Assembly (NCBI GenBank): GCA_017455525.1
Contig: JAFTAP010000029.1
Coordinates: forward strand, 3,994 to 67,993
DNA from: Lachnospiraceae bacterium
Lineage (GTDB): Bacteria; Bacillota; Clostridia; Lachnospirales; Lachnospiraceae
Length of the DNA: 64,000 bases
Direction: 5' to 3'
Shown: one piece after another, positions 1-8,843 of the stretch
How positions within the stretch are numbered: position 1 is the first letter of the stretch
How the letters are laid out: each line of letters opens with the position of its first letter
The notes under the pieces: generated by a model
Database searches by the model: none
What the model saw: only the letters and a program-made list of their open reading frames with translations
Told to the model about the DNA's origin: nothing
Position numbers and translations under genes: made by a program

Positions 1-1533
1 AACGGCAAGCATGACTGCTCCGTATGGCACGGAGAGGGCGGCGTGACAGGGGCTTATTCCTCGGATGATGACATGAGGAAGCTCAATATGATCCTTGATG
101 AGAGGAATGTCGCTAATCATGCTTTATTCTTGGGGCGTGAGGCTTTCGGAAGCATTTATCGGTATATGATACGATACATGCAAAGATATAATGAGAAAGC
201 CTATAAGGTTTTATTCACGATAAGCTCCATTGAAGATATGAGCGAGGGAGATTTCCGCAAGGTCATGGATAAGCTGGGTGAGATACTTATGAACGCCCTG
301 CGGAACAGCGATATCATGATGCAGAGCTCTTCGAATAAGTTCTTCCTGCTGCTGCCCATGGTTTCTGATGCGGACATTGGCAGAGTAATAGAGAGGATAA
401 TGCACACATGGGAGAGGTCGGAATTTCATGGGAAGATAAGAATATCCTATGAGACAGAAGCCGTTACGCCTAATGCTGACAGGAGACATACGAGGGATAA
501 GGAAGAGAAATGGGTGATAGTCGTAGATGATGATATCCTAAACCTTAAGACTGCGGGGCATCTGCTTAGCGAGAACGGCATGAGGGTTACGGCGTTAAAC
601 TCCGGGCAGGCGCTTCTTGATTATATTGCAGAGGGCAATCATCCCGATATGATACTGCTAGACGTGATAATGCCGGGACTTGACGGCTTCGAGACATTGG
701 GAAGGCTTCGCAAGATGGAAAGACCGGGGGATCATATACCCGTGATATTCCTTACTGCTTCTGACGACGGAGAGGTAGAGGCAAAGGGGCTTAGGCTTGG
801 GGCGATAGATTTTATTAAGAAGCCCTTCATACCTGAGGTCCTCACTATCAGGGTTATGATGAACGCAGAGCTTGTCGCTCTGCAGAATAATCTCTCACAT
901 GAGGTTGAAAGAAAGACCAAGGAGAACGAGCAGTTATTCATACAGGTCATGCATTCGCTGGCTGATGCGATAGATGCCAAGGATAAATATACAAAGGGAC
1001 ATTCGGGGCGTGTCGCTGATTATACCAGGGAGATAGCAAGGCGGTATGGCTACTCGGAGAAGGAACAGGACGACATCTATATGATTGGGCTTCTGCATGA
1101 CGTGGGTAAGATAGGCGTGCCTGACGAGGTGATAAATAAGCCATCTAAGCTGACAGATGAGGAGTTCGCAAAAATAAAGGCGCACCCTGTGATGGGGGCG
1201 AAGATATTAGAGAATATAAAGGACATGCCGAAGCTTGCCAACGGTGCAAAGTACCACCATGAGAGGTTTGGCGGGGGAGGATATCCCGAAGGTCTCAAAG
1301 GAGCGGAGATACCGGAGGAAGCGCGTATCATAGCTGTCGCCGATGCTTATGATGCAATGACAAGCAACAGGAGCTACCGCGGAGAGATGCCGCAGGAGAA
1401 GGTACGCTCTGAGATAGAAAAGGGCAAGGGAACCCAGTTCGATCCCAAATTCGCTGACATAATGCTGGACATGATAGACGGCGACAAGGGCTATGAGATG
1501 AGGGAGCATGATACTGTTAGCGCCCGTACTTAG
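1..1533 (+). CDS. Response regulator with a degenerate GGDEF-like domain, a REC receiver and an HD-GYP phosphodiesterase domain. The 5' end is probably outside the window.
   Basis: Frame 1 is open from nt 1, so the GTG at 43 is only the first possible start. REC motifs: VVDDD, ILLDVIMPGLDG, FIKKP. HD-GYP motifs: HSGRV, LLHDVGKIGVP, HHERFGGGGYPEGL. The N-terminal part looks GGDEF-fold but has SSSNKF where GGDEF would be. Confidence 0.8.
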   Translation, partial: NGKHDCSVWHGEGGVTGAYSSDDDMRKLNMILDERNVANHALFLGREAFGSIYRYMIRYMQRYNEKAYKVLFTISSIEDMSEGDFRKVMDKLGEILMNALRNSDIMMQSSSNKFFLLLPMVSDADIGRVIERIMHTWERSEFHGKIRISYETEAVTPNADRRHTRDKEEKWVIVVDDDILNLKTAGHLLSENGMRVTALNSGQALLDYIAEGNHPDMILLDVIMPGLDGFETLGRLRKMERPGDHIPVIFLTASDDGEVEAKGLRLGAIDFIKKPFIPEVLTIRVMMNAELVALQNNLSHEVERKTKENEQLFIQVMHSLADAIDAKDKYTKGHSGRVADYTREIARRYGYSEKEQDDIYMIGLLHDVGKIGVPDEVINKPSKLTDEEFAKIKAHPVMGAKILENIKDMPKLANGAKYHHERFGGGGYPEGLKGAEIPEEARIIAVADAYDAMTSNRSYRGEMPQEKVRSEIEKGKGTQFDPKFADIMLDMIDGDKGYEMREHDTVSART

Positions 1534-1594
1534 GGCGGTTACGGTATCAGCCACGAACGGTCGAAGTCAGATAATAACTAGGCGTTATTGGAGG
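1502..1594 (+). repeat. Copy A of a structured element of about 93 nt. It overlaps the last 32 nt of the HD-GYP gene and ends in the SD of the next gene.
   Basis: About 85 percent identical by eye to 48336..48428, in the same orientation. Both copies start GGGAGCATGATAC and both end in GTTATT(G/A)GAGG. Confidence 0.7.
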
Positions 1595-1598
1595 GAAA

Positions 1599-3338
1599 GT
1601 GAGGGAAGGATATTTAGCAGATATAAGGGGGATGGGCGTGGATAATACAGACAGCGCTTCAAAGCGGCGGGATTTATTTGATGATATTTATAATATATTC
1701 TCTATGGTCTCGGAGAGCGACTATGTGACGCTTTATGACGTGAAGGAAAGGGTTACGAGGTTTTCTCCGGCTGTCGTCGAATTAGCCGGGCTTCCGGGAG
1801 AATATATGACGGACGCCGTCTATACGTGGTCTGATTATATCCACCCTGACGACAGGATGAAGTATGAGAACGCCATGAGCGAGCTGCTTGCGGGGAAGAT
1901 CAGGAATTATGACATAACTTACCGGGTACGTAAGAGGAACGGCGAGTACCACAGCTTCCGCTTCACAGGGGGCATGATAAGGGGCGAGGACGGATATCCG
2001 GGCATCATAGGCGGGATCATGATGAATATAGGCGTGTCGGAGAATATAGACCGTATGACTTCCATGAGGAATATACAGGGCTTCTTTGAGGATATAAGCG
2101 ACTACGGAACCAAGCTTGGCGTGGAGGGACCGCTTGCCGTGATGCTCATCGGCTTCGGTAGGCTTACGCATATAAACGAGATATACGGATACGCCTACGG
2201 CTCAAAGCTTCTGGAGACGGTCGCGGGCATCATAAGGGAGAGGGCGAAGGATGAATGTGATATCTACCGTATGGAGGGCTCGAAGTTCGCATTGGTCACA
2301 GGCAGCGAGGATGCGGATGCCCTGATCAGGATATATGATGATCTGAAGGAGACCTTCATCAAGGGAGTCGCTATAGATAATGTGATACATAATCTCGTGG
2401 CTTACGGCGGTCTTATCTCATCTTATGACGGGAAGCAGGGGGATGAGCATGCCCTGCGTGACTGCCTGCTTCACGCCTATAACGAGTCCAAGCACTATCA
2501 TCACGGGGAGCTTGTGATGTATAATGGAAACCATATGGAAGATCTGGAGCTTTCAGGCGATGTGGCGATGATAGGCGCTATAAGGGAGAGCATGAAGGCT
2601 GATTACGAGGGCTTTTACATCATGTATGAGCCAGTGTTTGGTAAGCATAACGAGAAGCCTATCGGGGCGGAGGCATTGCTTAAATGGCGTAACGGACAGT
2701 ACGGCGATGTGGAGATAGACAGGTTCATAGCGGAGATCGAGCAGGACAATGAGTTTAACAGCTTGGGTTATTGGCTCTTACGCCGTATAATGACGGACGG
2801 CACTGATTTTCTTAAGGCTAATCCAGATTTCTTCATATATACGGATGTGATGCCTGCGCAGGTAAGAGATCCTTATTTCAAGGATAATGTGAAGGAGATA
2901 GCGCACGACACGGGCTTTCCGCTTGCGCATCTGCATATGGGGCTCACGAGGAGCTGCCGTATGCTTGACCTTAGGCTTATAAAGAGCTTCCTTGCTTCAC
3001 TGCATGAGGAGGATATCTTAGCAGGGCTTGACAGCTTCGCAAGGGGAAACGCCTGGCTTAAGACCTTCACTACGGTCGAGCCTGACTTCGTGCGGTTCTC
3101 GTCGGAGCTTACTAAGGATCTGAAGCATGGGGAGAAGAGCCGTATAATCCTGTCGCATCTTATACAGATGATTGACGCATGCGATACGGACATATATATT
3201 AAAGCGATAGACAGCGAGGAAATAAAGGACTACATCTTCGAGCTCCCCGTAAGGGGCATGCAGGGAGAGTACCTGTCAAAGCCTAAGTATTATGATGAGG
3301 TTATAGAGTATTATGATACAGAAGACGCTGATAACTGA
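1599..3338 (+). CDS. PAS-GGDEF-EAL protein. Both c-di-GMP domains appear degenerate.
   Basis: PAS-like segment YTWSDYIHPDDR...YRVRKRNGEYHSF. The GGDEF position reads RMEGSKFAL. The EAL region keeps GAEALLKW, but downstream catalytic motifs are not recognisable (DDFGTG reads LDSFARGN). The GTG start is only 3 nt after GGAGGG, so the exact start is uncertain. Confidence 0.75.
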   Translation: MREGYLADIRGMGVDNTDSASKRRDLFDDIYNIFSMVSESDYVTLYDVKERVTRFSPAVVELAGLPGEYMTDAVYTWSDYIHPDDRMKYENAMSELLAGKIRNYDITYRVRKRNGEYHSFRFTGGMIRGEDGYPGIIGGIMMNIGVSENIDRMTSMRNIQGFFEDISDYGTKLGVEGPLAVMLIGFGRLTHINEIYGYAYGSKLLETVAGIIRERAKDECDIYRMEGSKFALVTGSEDADALIRIYDDLKETFIKGVAIDNVIHNLVAYGGLISSYDGKQGDEHALRDCLLHAYNESKHYHHGELVMYNGNHMEDLELSGDVAMIGAIRESMKADYEGFYIMYEPVFGKHNEKPIGAEALLKWRNGQYGDVEIDRFIAEIEQDNEFNSLGYWLLRRIMTDGTDFLKANPDFFIYTDVMPAQVRDPYFKDNVKEIAHDTGFPLAHLHMGLTRSCRMLDLRLIKSFLASLHEEDILAGLDSFARGNAWLKTFTTVEPDFVRFSSELTKDLKHGEKSRIILSHLIQMIDACDTDIYIKAIDSEEIKDYIFELPVRGMQGEYLSKPKYYDEVIEYYDTEDADN

Positions 3339-6300
3339 TAAAAAGCAGGAGCTTCTTACCTTCCTTGACGAGCTTAGAGCTGATGCTTCCTACCCTTCGT
3401 CAAGCGACAGGATAATGCTCTTTTCTGATCAGAATAATGACGTAAGTCATCTTAAGGATGAGATAGCTGTCCTTAAGGAGAAGCTTCCTGAGACTAAATT
3501 CTTAGGCGTTACGATGCCTAGCGACGGTATGCTCCCCGGGCATGAGACAGGTTTTAGGGGAGCGGGATATTCCATGCTTCTTACGGATAGGGCGAAGACC
3601 GAACTTATTTATTATGACTGCAGTGAGATAAGCACTACCGAAGCAGGGAAAAGGCTCAGGCGGGAGATAAGGTACAGGGATCATATAGCCGGTATCTTCG
3701 TATTTGCGGCGGGGCTTGAGCAGGAGATAGATAAGTTCTTAACGACAGTCGGAATGTATGATAAGAGCGAGGTAGCCATAATAGGCGCGCAGGCGGGAGC
3801 GGACGGTACGTCTTATATCTGCGGAAGCTTCTCTGATGAGCCTGTATCCTGCGGTATAGCCGTGCTTATATTCTACGGCAGAGGGCTTCATTTCTATTAT
3901 AATTATGACATGGGCTGGAATGCCATCGGTAAGGAGATGACTATCACCGGGACTGATGGGAATTTCTGCGCCACGACGATAGACGATAAGCCGGCGGCGG
4001 CTATATATAAGGAATACCTGGGCGTGGAGCCTGACGAGTATTTCACGGACAACGTGCGGGAGTTTCCTCTTGTGACCTACAGGGTTGACAGAGAGGTCGT
4101 GAGGACTCCTTCAGGCTATGGCGACGACGGAAGGCTTTATTTCATAGCGAGGGTTAACAAGGGAGATAAGGTAAGGCTTTCATACGGTAATCCGATAAGG
4201 CTTATCGAGCGGACTAAGCTTTATGCAGAGACTATGCACTCTTTCGGGCCGCAGGCTTTGTTCTTAATTATCTGTGAGAACAGGGCGAGATTCCTTAAGG
4301 ACATGGCGGGTAATGATGTCATAGTCTATCGTAATTTCATGAATCAGGTCGCATGGGTGAGGGGCTTCGCTGCGATACTTATGGATAAGAAGGGCGGGGG
4401 AGTAGTGAATTCCGCTATTATTTCCGTGGGAATAAGAGAGGGTGCGCCGTCGGAGGCTGACCTTGCGGGCTCAAGGGGAGAGATGGTAAGCGAGATACGG
4501 GGACGGGGAGTAGTGCCTCTTGATCAGCGTCTTGCCATGTTCCTTGAGAAGACGACGACGGAGCTTAGTGAGATGGCTGTGGAGGCGGACTCTGCGAATG
4601 AGGCGAAGTCTGAGTTCCTGTCGCAGATGTCGCATGAGATAAGGACGCCCATAAACGCCGTGCTCGGTATGAATGAGATGATACTTCGTGAGAGCCGTGA
4701 TGAGAACATAACGAAGTATGCAGAGAACGCAAGGGCTGCGGGCATGAGCCTGCTGAATATAATCAGCGACATTCTTGACTTCTCTAAGATAGAGGCGGGC
4801 AAGATGGATATCGTGCCTTATGAGTATGAGCTTTCGTCTACTATACACGACCTCGTGAATCTCATAATTCACAGGGCGGAGGAGAGAGGGCTTGCCTTGA
4901 AGGTCGAGGTGGATCCTGCCATTCCGCATGTGCTCTTCGGGGATGAAGTGAGGGTTAAGCAGATAATCACTAATCTTCTGACTAACGCCGTGAAGTATAC
5001 GGAGAGGGGAGAGGTAACGCTTAAGATCGGCTATGAGAAGACCGCTCCCGATGAGATAGCGCTTAAGGTAGCTGTGACTGACACGGGCATAGGAATAAAG
5101 CCCGACGACATGAAGCGCCTCTTTAATACCTTCGACCGTATAGATCAGAATTACGCAAGGAAGATAGAGGGCTCGGGCTTGGGACTTAATATAACCCAGC
5201 AGCTCTTATCGCTTATGGACAGCAAGCTTGAGGTTTCGAGCGTATACGGGAAAGGCTCGACCTTTTCATTCTCACTTATCCAGAAGGTCACGAACTGGGA
5301 CAGCATGGGGGATTATGAGAATGCCGTAAAGAAGAAGGATAAGAAGAAATCTAAACGGAAGGCGCATTTTAAGGCGGAGGATGCGAGGATACTCGTAGTG
5401 GACGATGCGCCTATGAACCTTGAAGTAATATCGGGGCTGCTCCGCCGTACCGAGATGCGGGTTGATACGGCAGAGAGCGGAATGGCCTGTATCGATAAGT
5501 TCGGAAGGGCTGATTATGACCTTGTGTTTCTTGATCACAGGATGCCGGGGATGGATGGCGTAGAGACGCTCCATGAGATGAAGGCTATCTATGGAGACGA
5601 CCTTAATGGAGTGCCTGTGATATCGCTTACCGCAAATGCTGTCGTTGGGGCGAGGGAAGAGTATATGCAGGCGGGTTTTTCTGATTATCTGGCAAAGCCC
5701 GTGATGCCTGATGAGCTTGAAGAGATGCTGATCAGGTATCTGCCGGAGGATAAGATAAGATATCTGTCTCCGGAAGAGTCCTCGGATGAGGAGGAGTCCT
5801 TTGATATACCGGAGTGGCTGTATGATATCAATCTTATAGATGTGGAGAGCGGGGTTGATTTCTGCGGAGGCGAGGAAGAATACCTTGACGCATTGCATAT
5901 ATTCTATGAATCAATAAAGGGCAGGTCTGATGAGATAGAGAAATGCTATAAGGATAAGGACTGGCAGGGCTATACTATAAAGGTTCACGCCCTTAAGAGC
6001 ATGGCTCGTACCGTCGGGGCGAAGGAGATATCAAACCTTGCGGCAGAGCTTGAAGCCGCCGGCAAGGAGAAGAATATAGATGCGATAAATGCCGGTACTA
6101 ATGTGCTGCTCACGCTGTACAGGGGGCTTATACCGCAGCTTGCGCTCCTTGATTCGCATGCGTCAGATGTGCAGATATCGGGAGACGACAACGCTCATCA
6201 TGTGCTGCTTGTAGATGATGACGAGGATTTCCTGTCGCTTGCTTCAAGATGGCTTAAGAGCTCATACAGAGTGAGCACGATAAATTCAGGCAATCAGGCG

Positions 6301-6561
6301 CTTAAATATCTACAGACCGTAAGACCCGATCTTATCCTGCTTGATTACGCGATGCCTGTCATGAGCGGGCTTAACGTGCTTGAAAAGATCAGAGAGAACC
6401 CGGACATTGCGAACATACCTGTTATCTTCTTAACCGGGACCGAGGACAGGGAGTCCGTGAAGAACGCCGAGAGACTTCACCCCGCAGGCTACCTGCTTAA
6501 ATCCGTAGGCAAGGCAGGACTGATTACGGCCGTTAATAAATACTTCGAGGAGTTGCATTGA
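3313..6561 (+). CDS. Hybrid sensor histidine kinase: FIST-like sensor, HisKA, HATPase, REC, Hpt, REC.
   Basis: H-box SHEIRTPINAVLGM. HATPase G-boxes DTGIGI and GSGLGL. REC1 ILVVDDAPMN...LDHRMPGMDG. Hpt YTIKVHALKSMA. REC2 VLLVDDDEDF...LLDYAMPVMSG. The N-terminal 390 aa or so resemble FIST_N/FIST_C. Confidence 0.85.
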   Translation: MIQKTLITDKKQELLTFLDELRADASYPSSSDRIMLFSDQNNDVSHLKDEIAVLKEKLPETKFLGVTMPSDGMLPGHETGFRGAGYSMLLTDRAKTELIYYDCSEISTTEAGKRLRREIRYRDHIAGIFVFAAGLEQEIDKFLTTVGMYDKSEVAIIGAQAGADGTSYICGSFSDEPVSCGIAVLIFYGRGLHFYYNYDMGWNAIGKEMTITGTDGNFCATTIDDKPAAAIYKEYLGVEPDEYFTDNVREFPLVTYRVDREVVRTPSGYGDDGRLYFIARVNKGDKVRLSYGNPIRLIERTKLYAETMHSFGPQALFLIICENRARFLKDMAGNDVIVYRNFMNQVAWVRGFAAILMDKKGGGVVNSAIISVGIREGAPSEADLAGSRGEMVSEIRGRGVVPLDQRLAMFLEKTTTELSEMAVEADSANEAKSEFLSQMSHEIRTPINAVLGMNEMILRESRDENITKYAENARAAGMSLLNIISDILDFSKIEAGKMDIVPYEYELSSTIHDLVNLIIHRAEERGLALKVEVDPAIPHVLFGDEVRVKQIITNLLTNAVKYTERGEVTLKIGYEKTAPDEIALKVAVTDTGIGIKPDDMKRLFNTFDRIDQNYARKIEGSGLGLNITQQLLSLMDSKLEVSSVYGKGSTFSFSLIQKVTNWDSMGDYENAVKKKDKKKSKRKAHFKAEDARILVVDDAPMNLEVISGLLRRTEMRVDTAESGMACIDKFGRADYDLVFLDHRMPGMDGVETLHEMKAIYGDDLNGVPVISLTANAVVGAREEYMQAGFSDYLAKPVMPDELEEMLIRYLPEDKIRYLSPEESSDEEESFDIPEWLYDINLIDVESGVDFCGGEEEYLDALHIFYESIKGRSDEIEKCYKDKDWQGYTIKVHALKSMARTVGAKEISNLAAELEAAGKEKNIDAINAGTNVLLTLYRGLIPQLALLDSHASDVQISGDDNAHHVLLVDDDEDFLSLASRWLKSSYRVSTINSGNQALKYLQTVRPDLILLDYAMPVMSGLNVLEKIRENPDIANIPVIFLTGTEDRESVKNAERLHPAGYLLKSVGKAGLITAVNKYFEELH

Positions 6562-6737
6562 TGGTTGTAAGAAGCAATGATAATGGGTTGCTGTTTTATG
6601 ATATTATAAACATAAAAAAAGAAACTGGCACCCCGCCGGAATCATAAAATGACCTTACGGTTAAAAACCACCTTCTTTTTATATAATTTTATTAGCATGT
6701 ATACGATTTGTCAAGTTTAATAGAAAGGAATAAAGCT

Positions 6738-7811
6738 ATGTCAGAGGAACAGACTTCAAGAGTTTTGATAGTGGACGACGTGCCTATAAACTGCGTCATA
6801 TTGTCGTCGCTCCTTGCTTCAAACGGCGTGACTTCGGATGTGGCGACAGGCGGAAAGGAATGCCTGAAGCTTTGCGAGGAGAACAGCTATGACCTTATCC
6901 TGCTCGATCACAGGATGCCGGAGATGGACGGCGTGGATACGCTCGTGCAGCTTAAAGAAATGTTTAAGAGACAGGGCAGGGAGGTACCTGTCGTGTGCCA
7001 TACGACAGAGGACGCAAGGAAGAATATCAACCTGTATAAAGCCGCTGGCTTCGTCGAAGTCCTTATTAAGCCGATCGAGCCGAAGAGACTCTCCGAGATA
7101 CTCATGACATATCTGCCCGATGGTGACGAGAAGAACGAAAAGAATAAGAAGGTCGAGCAGGAGAAGATAAAACAGGAGCTTGAAAAGCTTCCAGACTGGA
7201 TAAAGAATGTGGAGGGCATAGATGCTGAATCAGGCATAGAGCACTGCGAGACGGCAGAAGACTATCTTGACGCGCTTTCCGTATTCAAATCCTCAATACA
7301 GGAGAAGACCTCTGACATAGAGCATTTCCTTGATGACGCTAACTGGAAGATGTATACGCTTAAGGTTCATTCGCTAAAGAGCATGGCGAGGCTTATCGGG
7401 GCAAAGGAGCTTTCTAAGGACGCCGCGGAGCTTGAAGCTGCCGGCAAGAAGAATGACATTGATACGATAATCAAGAGGACGCCGAAGCTGTTAGAGACTT
7501 ACAGAGGGTTTATTTTACTTCTTGCTCCTATAGAGCAGGAGAATAAAGCGCATGAGGGCGAGGCTTCCGACGTGCGTCCTGAAATTTCTGACGAGACCTT
7601 GAAGGATGCCTATACTTCTATGACGGAATTCGCACTGTGCTATGACACGGACAGCGTGCAGATGGTGCTGGATTCTTTGATGGAATATAAGCTTAAGGAA
7701 AATGACGAGCGTAGGATAAGCGATATAAGGACGGCGCTTTCAGAGCTTGACTGGGAGAAGCTCAGAGGGCTTTTGACCCCAGCATCATTATATGACAATA
7801 AACGGCATTAG
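6738..7811 (+). CDS. REC-Hpt phosphorelay protein with a C-terminal extension of unknown function.
   Basis: REC VLIVDDVPIN...LLDHRMPEMDG. Hpt YTLKVHSLKSMA. I prefer the ATG at 6738 (AAAGGA upstream) to the TTG at 6708. The last 12 codons or so lie inside a repeat copy (7767..7794). Confidence 0.8.
   Translation: MSEEQTSRVLIVDDVPINCVILSSLLASNGVTSDVATGGKECLKLCEENSYDLILLDHRMPEMDGVDTLVQLKEMFKRQGREVPVVCHTTEDARKNINLYKAAGFVEVLIKPIEPKRLSEILMTYLPDGDEKNEKNKKVEQEKIKQELEKLPDWIKNVEGIDAESGIEHCETAEDYLDALSVFKSSIQEKTSDIEHFLDDANWKMYTLKVHSLKSMARLIGAKELSKDAAELEAAGKKNDIDTIIKRTPKLLETYRGFILLLAPIEQENKAHEGEASDVRPEISDETLKDAYTSMTEFALCYDTDSVQMVLDSLMEYKLKENDERRISDIRTALSELDWEKLRGLLTPASLYDNKRH
7767..7794 (+). repeat. Copy 1 of the interspersed repeat with core GGGCTTTTGACCCCAGCATCAT plus a TATATG tail.
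   Basis: Shares the core with 32649..32686, 52667..52704 (reverse complement) and 52854..52880. Confidence 0.7.
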
Positions 7812-7843
7812 TAAAACTTAGCCGCATTACAAAGGATAACAGG

Positions 7844-8659
7844 ATGAACCGTGACATATTATTCATAGAAGGCGCGAAGAGCTTCATACATCAGGCTGTG
7901 GTCAATAAGCTGGAGCAGGCTGATTTCAAGGTGCACAGGGTACGCGACGACATAAATGAAATAGCATTGCATAAGGACGCTTCAAATCTCGTGCTTTATT
8001 ATCCGACGGGAAGCAGGGATTATATCGAGACTGTGACTATATTCCTGCTCGATCTGTGCGAGGATGAAGATAAGACCTTGTGCGTTATCGGCGATAAGTA
8101 TGATGTGGAGATAATAGAGAGGATAGACGAGTTTAAGAGGATATTCAAGTCATACAAAAGACCTGTAGATATGAATAAGCTCGTTAATGACATGGGACAG
8201 CTTTCTGATTCACATGATGAGCTTAGGCGGAAGAAGACCATCCTTATAGTCGATGATGATCCCGATTTCTTAAAGATAATGTCGAGATGGCTTCAGTATG
8301 ACTACAGGGTTGATACAGTCCGCTCCGGCACGGAAGCCCTGCTCTATGTCGCAAGCTGTGATCCCGACCTTATATTGCTTGATTACGAGATGCCCGGCAT
8401 GAGCGGATATGAAGTATTAGAGGCTATAAGAAGTAATATAATGATGACGCATATCCCGATAATCTTCCTTACGGGCATGGACGATAAGGAGACAGTGCTT
8501 CAGATCCTGCAGCGCCGTCCTGACGGATACCTGCTAAAGACCCAGCGCAAGGAAGACCTGCTCGACGCCCTGGAACGCTTCTTTGTTGATTCCATAATGC
8601 ACGACGAGGAAGCTGAAAAACCCAAATTCAGCATACTGAACCGCCCGGCAGGAATGTAG
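7844..8659 (+). CDS. Two-domain receiver protein: an N-terminal pseudo-receiver lacking the acceptor Asp, followed by a canonical REC.
   Basis: C-terminal REC ILIVDDDPDF...LLDYEMPGMSG...IIFLTG...GYLLK. The N-terminal half has a REC-like beta/alpha pattern (ILFIEG, NLVLYYP, YKRPVD) without DD/D. Confidence 0.75.
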   Translation: MNRDILFIEGAKSFIHQAVVNKLEQADFKVHRVRDDINEIALHKDASNLVLYYPTGSRDYIETVTIFLLDLCEDEDKTLCVIGDKYDVEIIERIDEFKRIFKSYKRPVDMNKLVNDMGQLSDSHDELRRKKTILIVDDDPDFLKIMSRWLQYDYRVDTVRSGTEALLYVASCDPDLILLDYEMPGMSGYEVLEAIRSNIMMTHIPIIFLTGMDDKETVLQILQRRPDGYLLKTQRKEDLLDALERFFVDSIMHDEEAEKPKFSILNRPAGM

Positions 8660-8700
8660 ATTGAACGACAAGAAATTTTCCGATTGTTAAATATTTGATA

Positions 8701-8730
8701 TTGACCTTTTATGGCTTATGGGTGTATATT
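8701..8730 (+). promoter_or_regulatory. Candidate sigma-A promoter for topA.
   Basis: TTGACC (8701-8706), 18-nt spacer, TATATT (8725-8730). Confidence 0.3.
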
Positions 8731-8843
8731 GCATTTTCGTGAGTGTGGACTGCTTATCATATTAAAGCTCTACAATGAGTCGGGTGGCAGGAAAATAGTG
8801 AAAATGCGTCTCACAATTATTGCCGTAGGAGGTTTTTATTATT

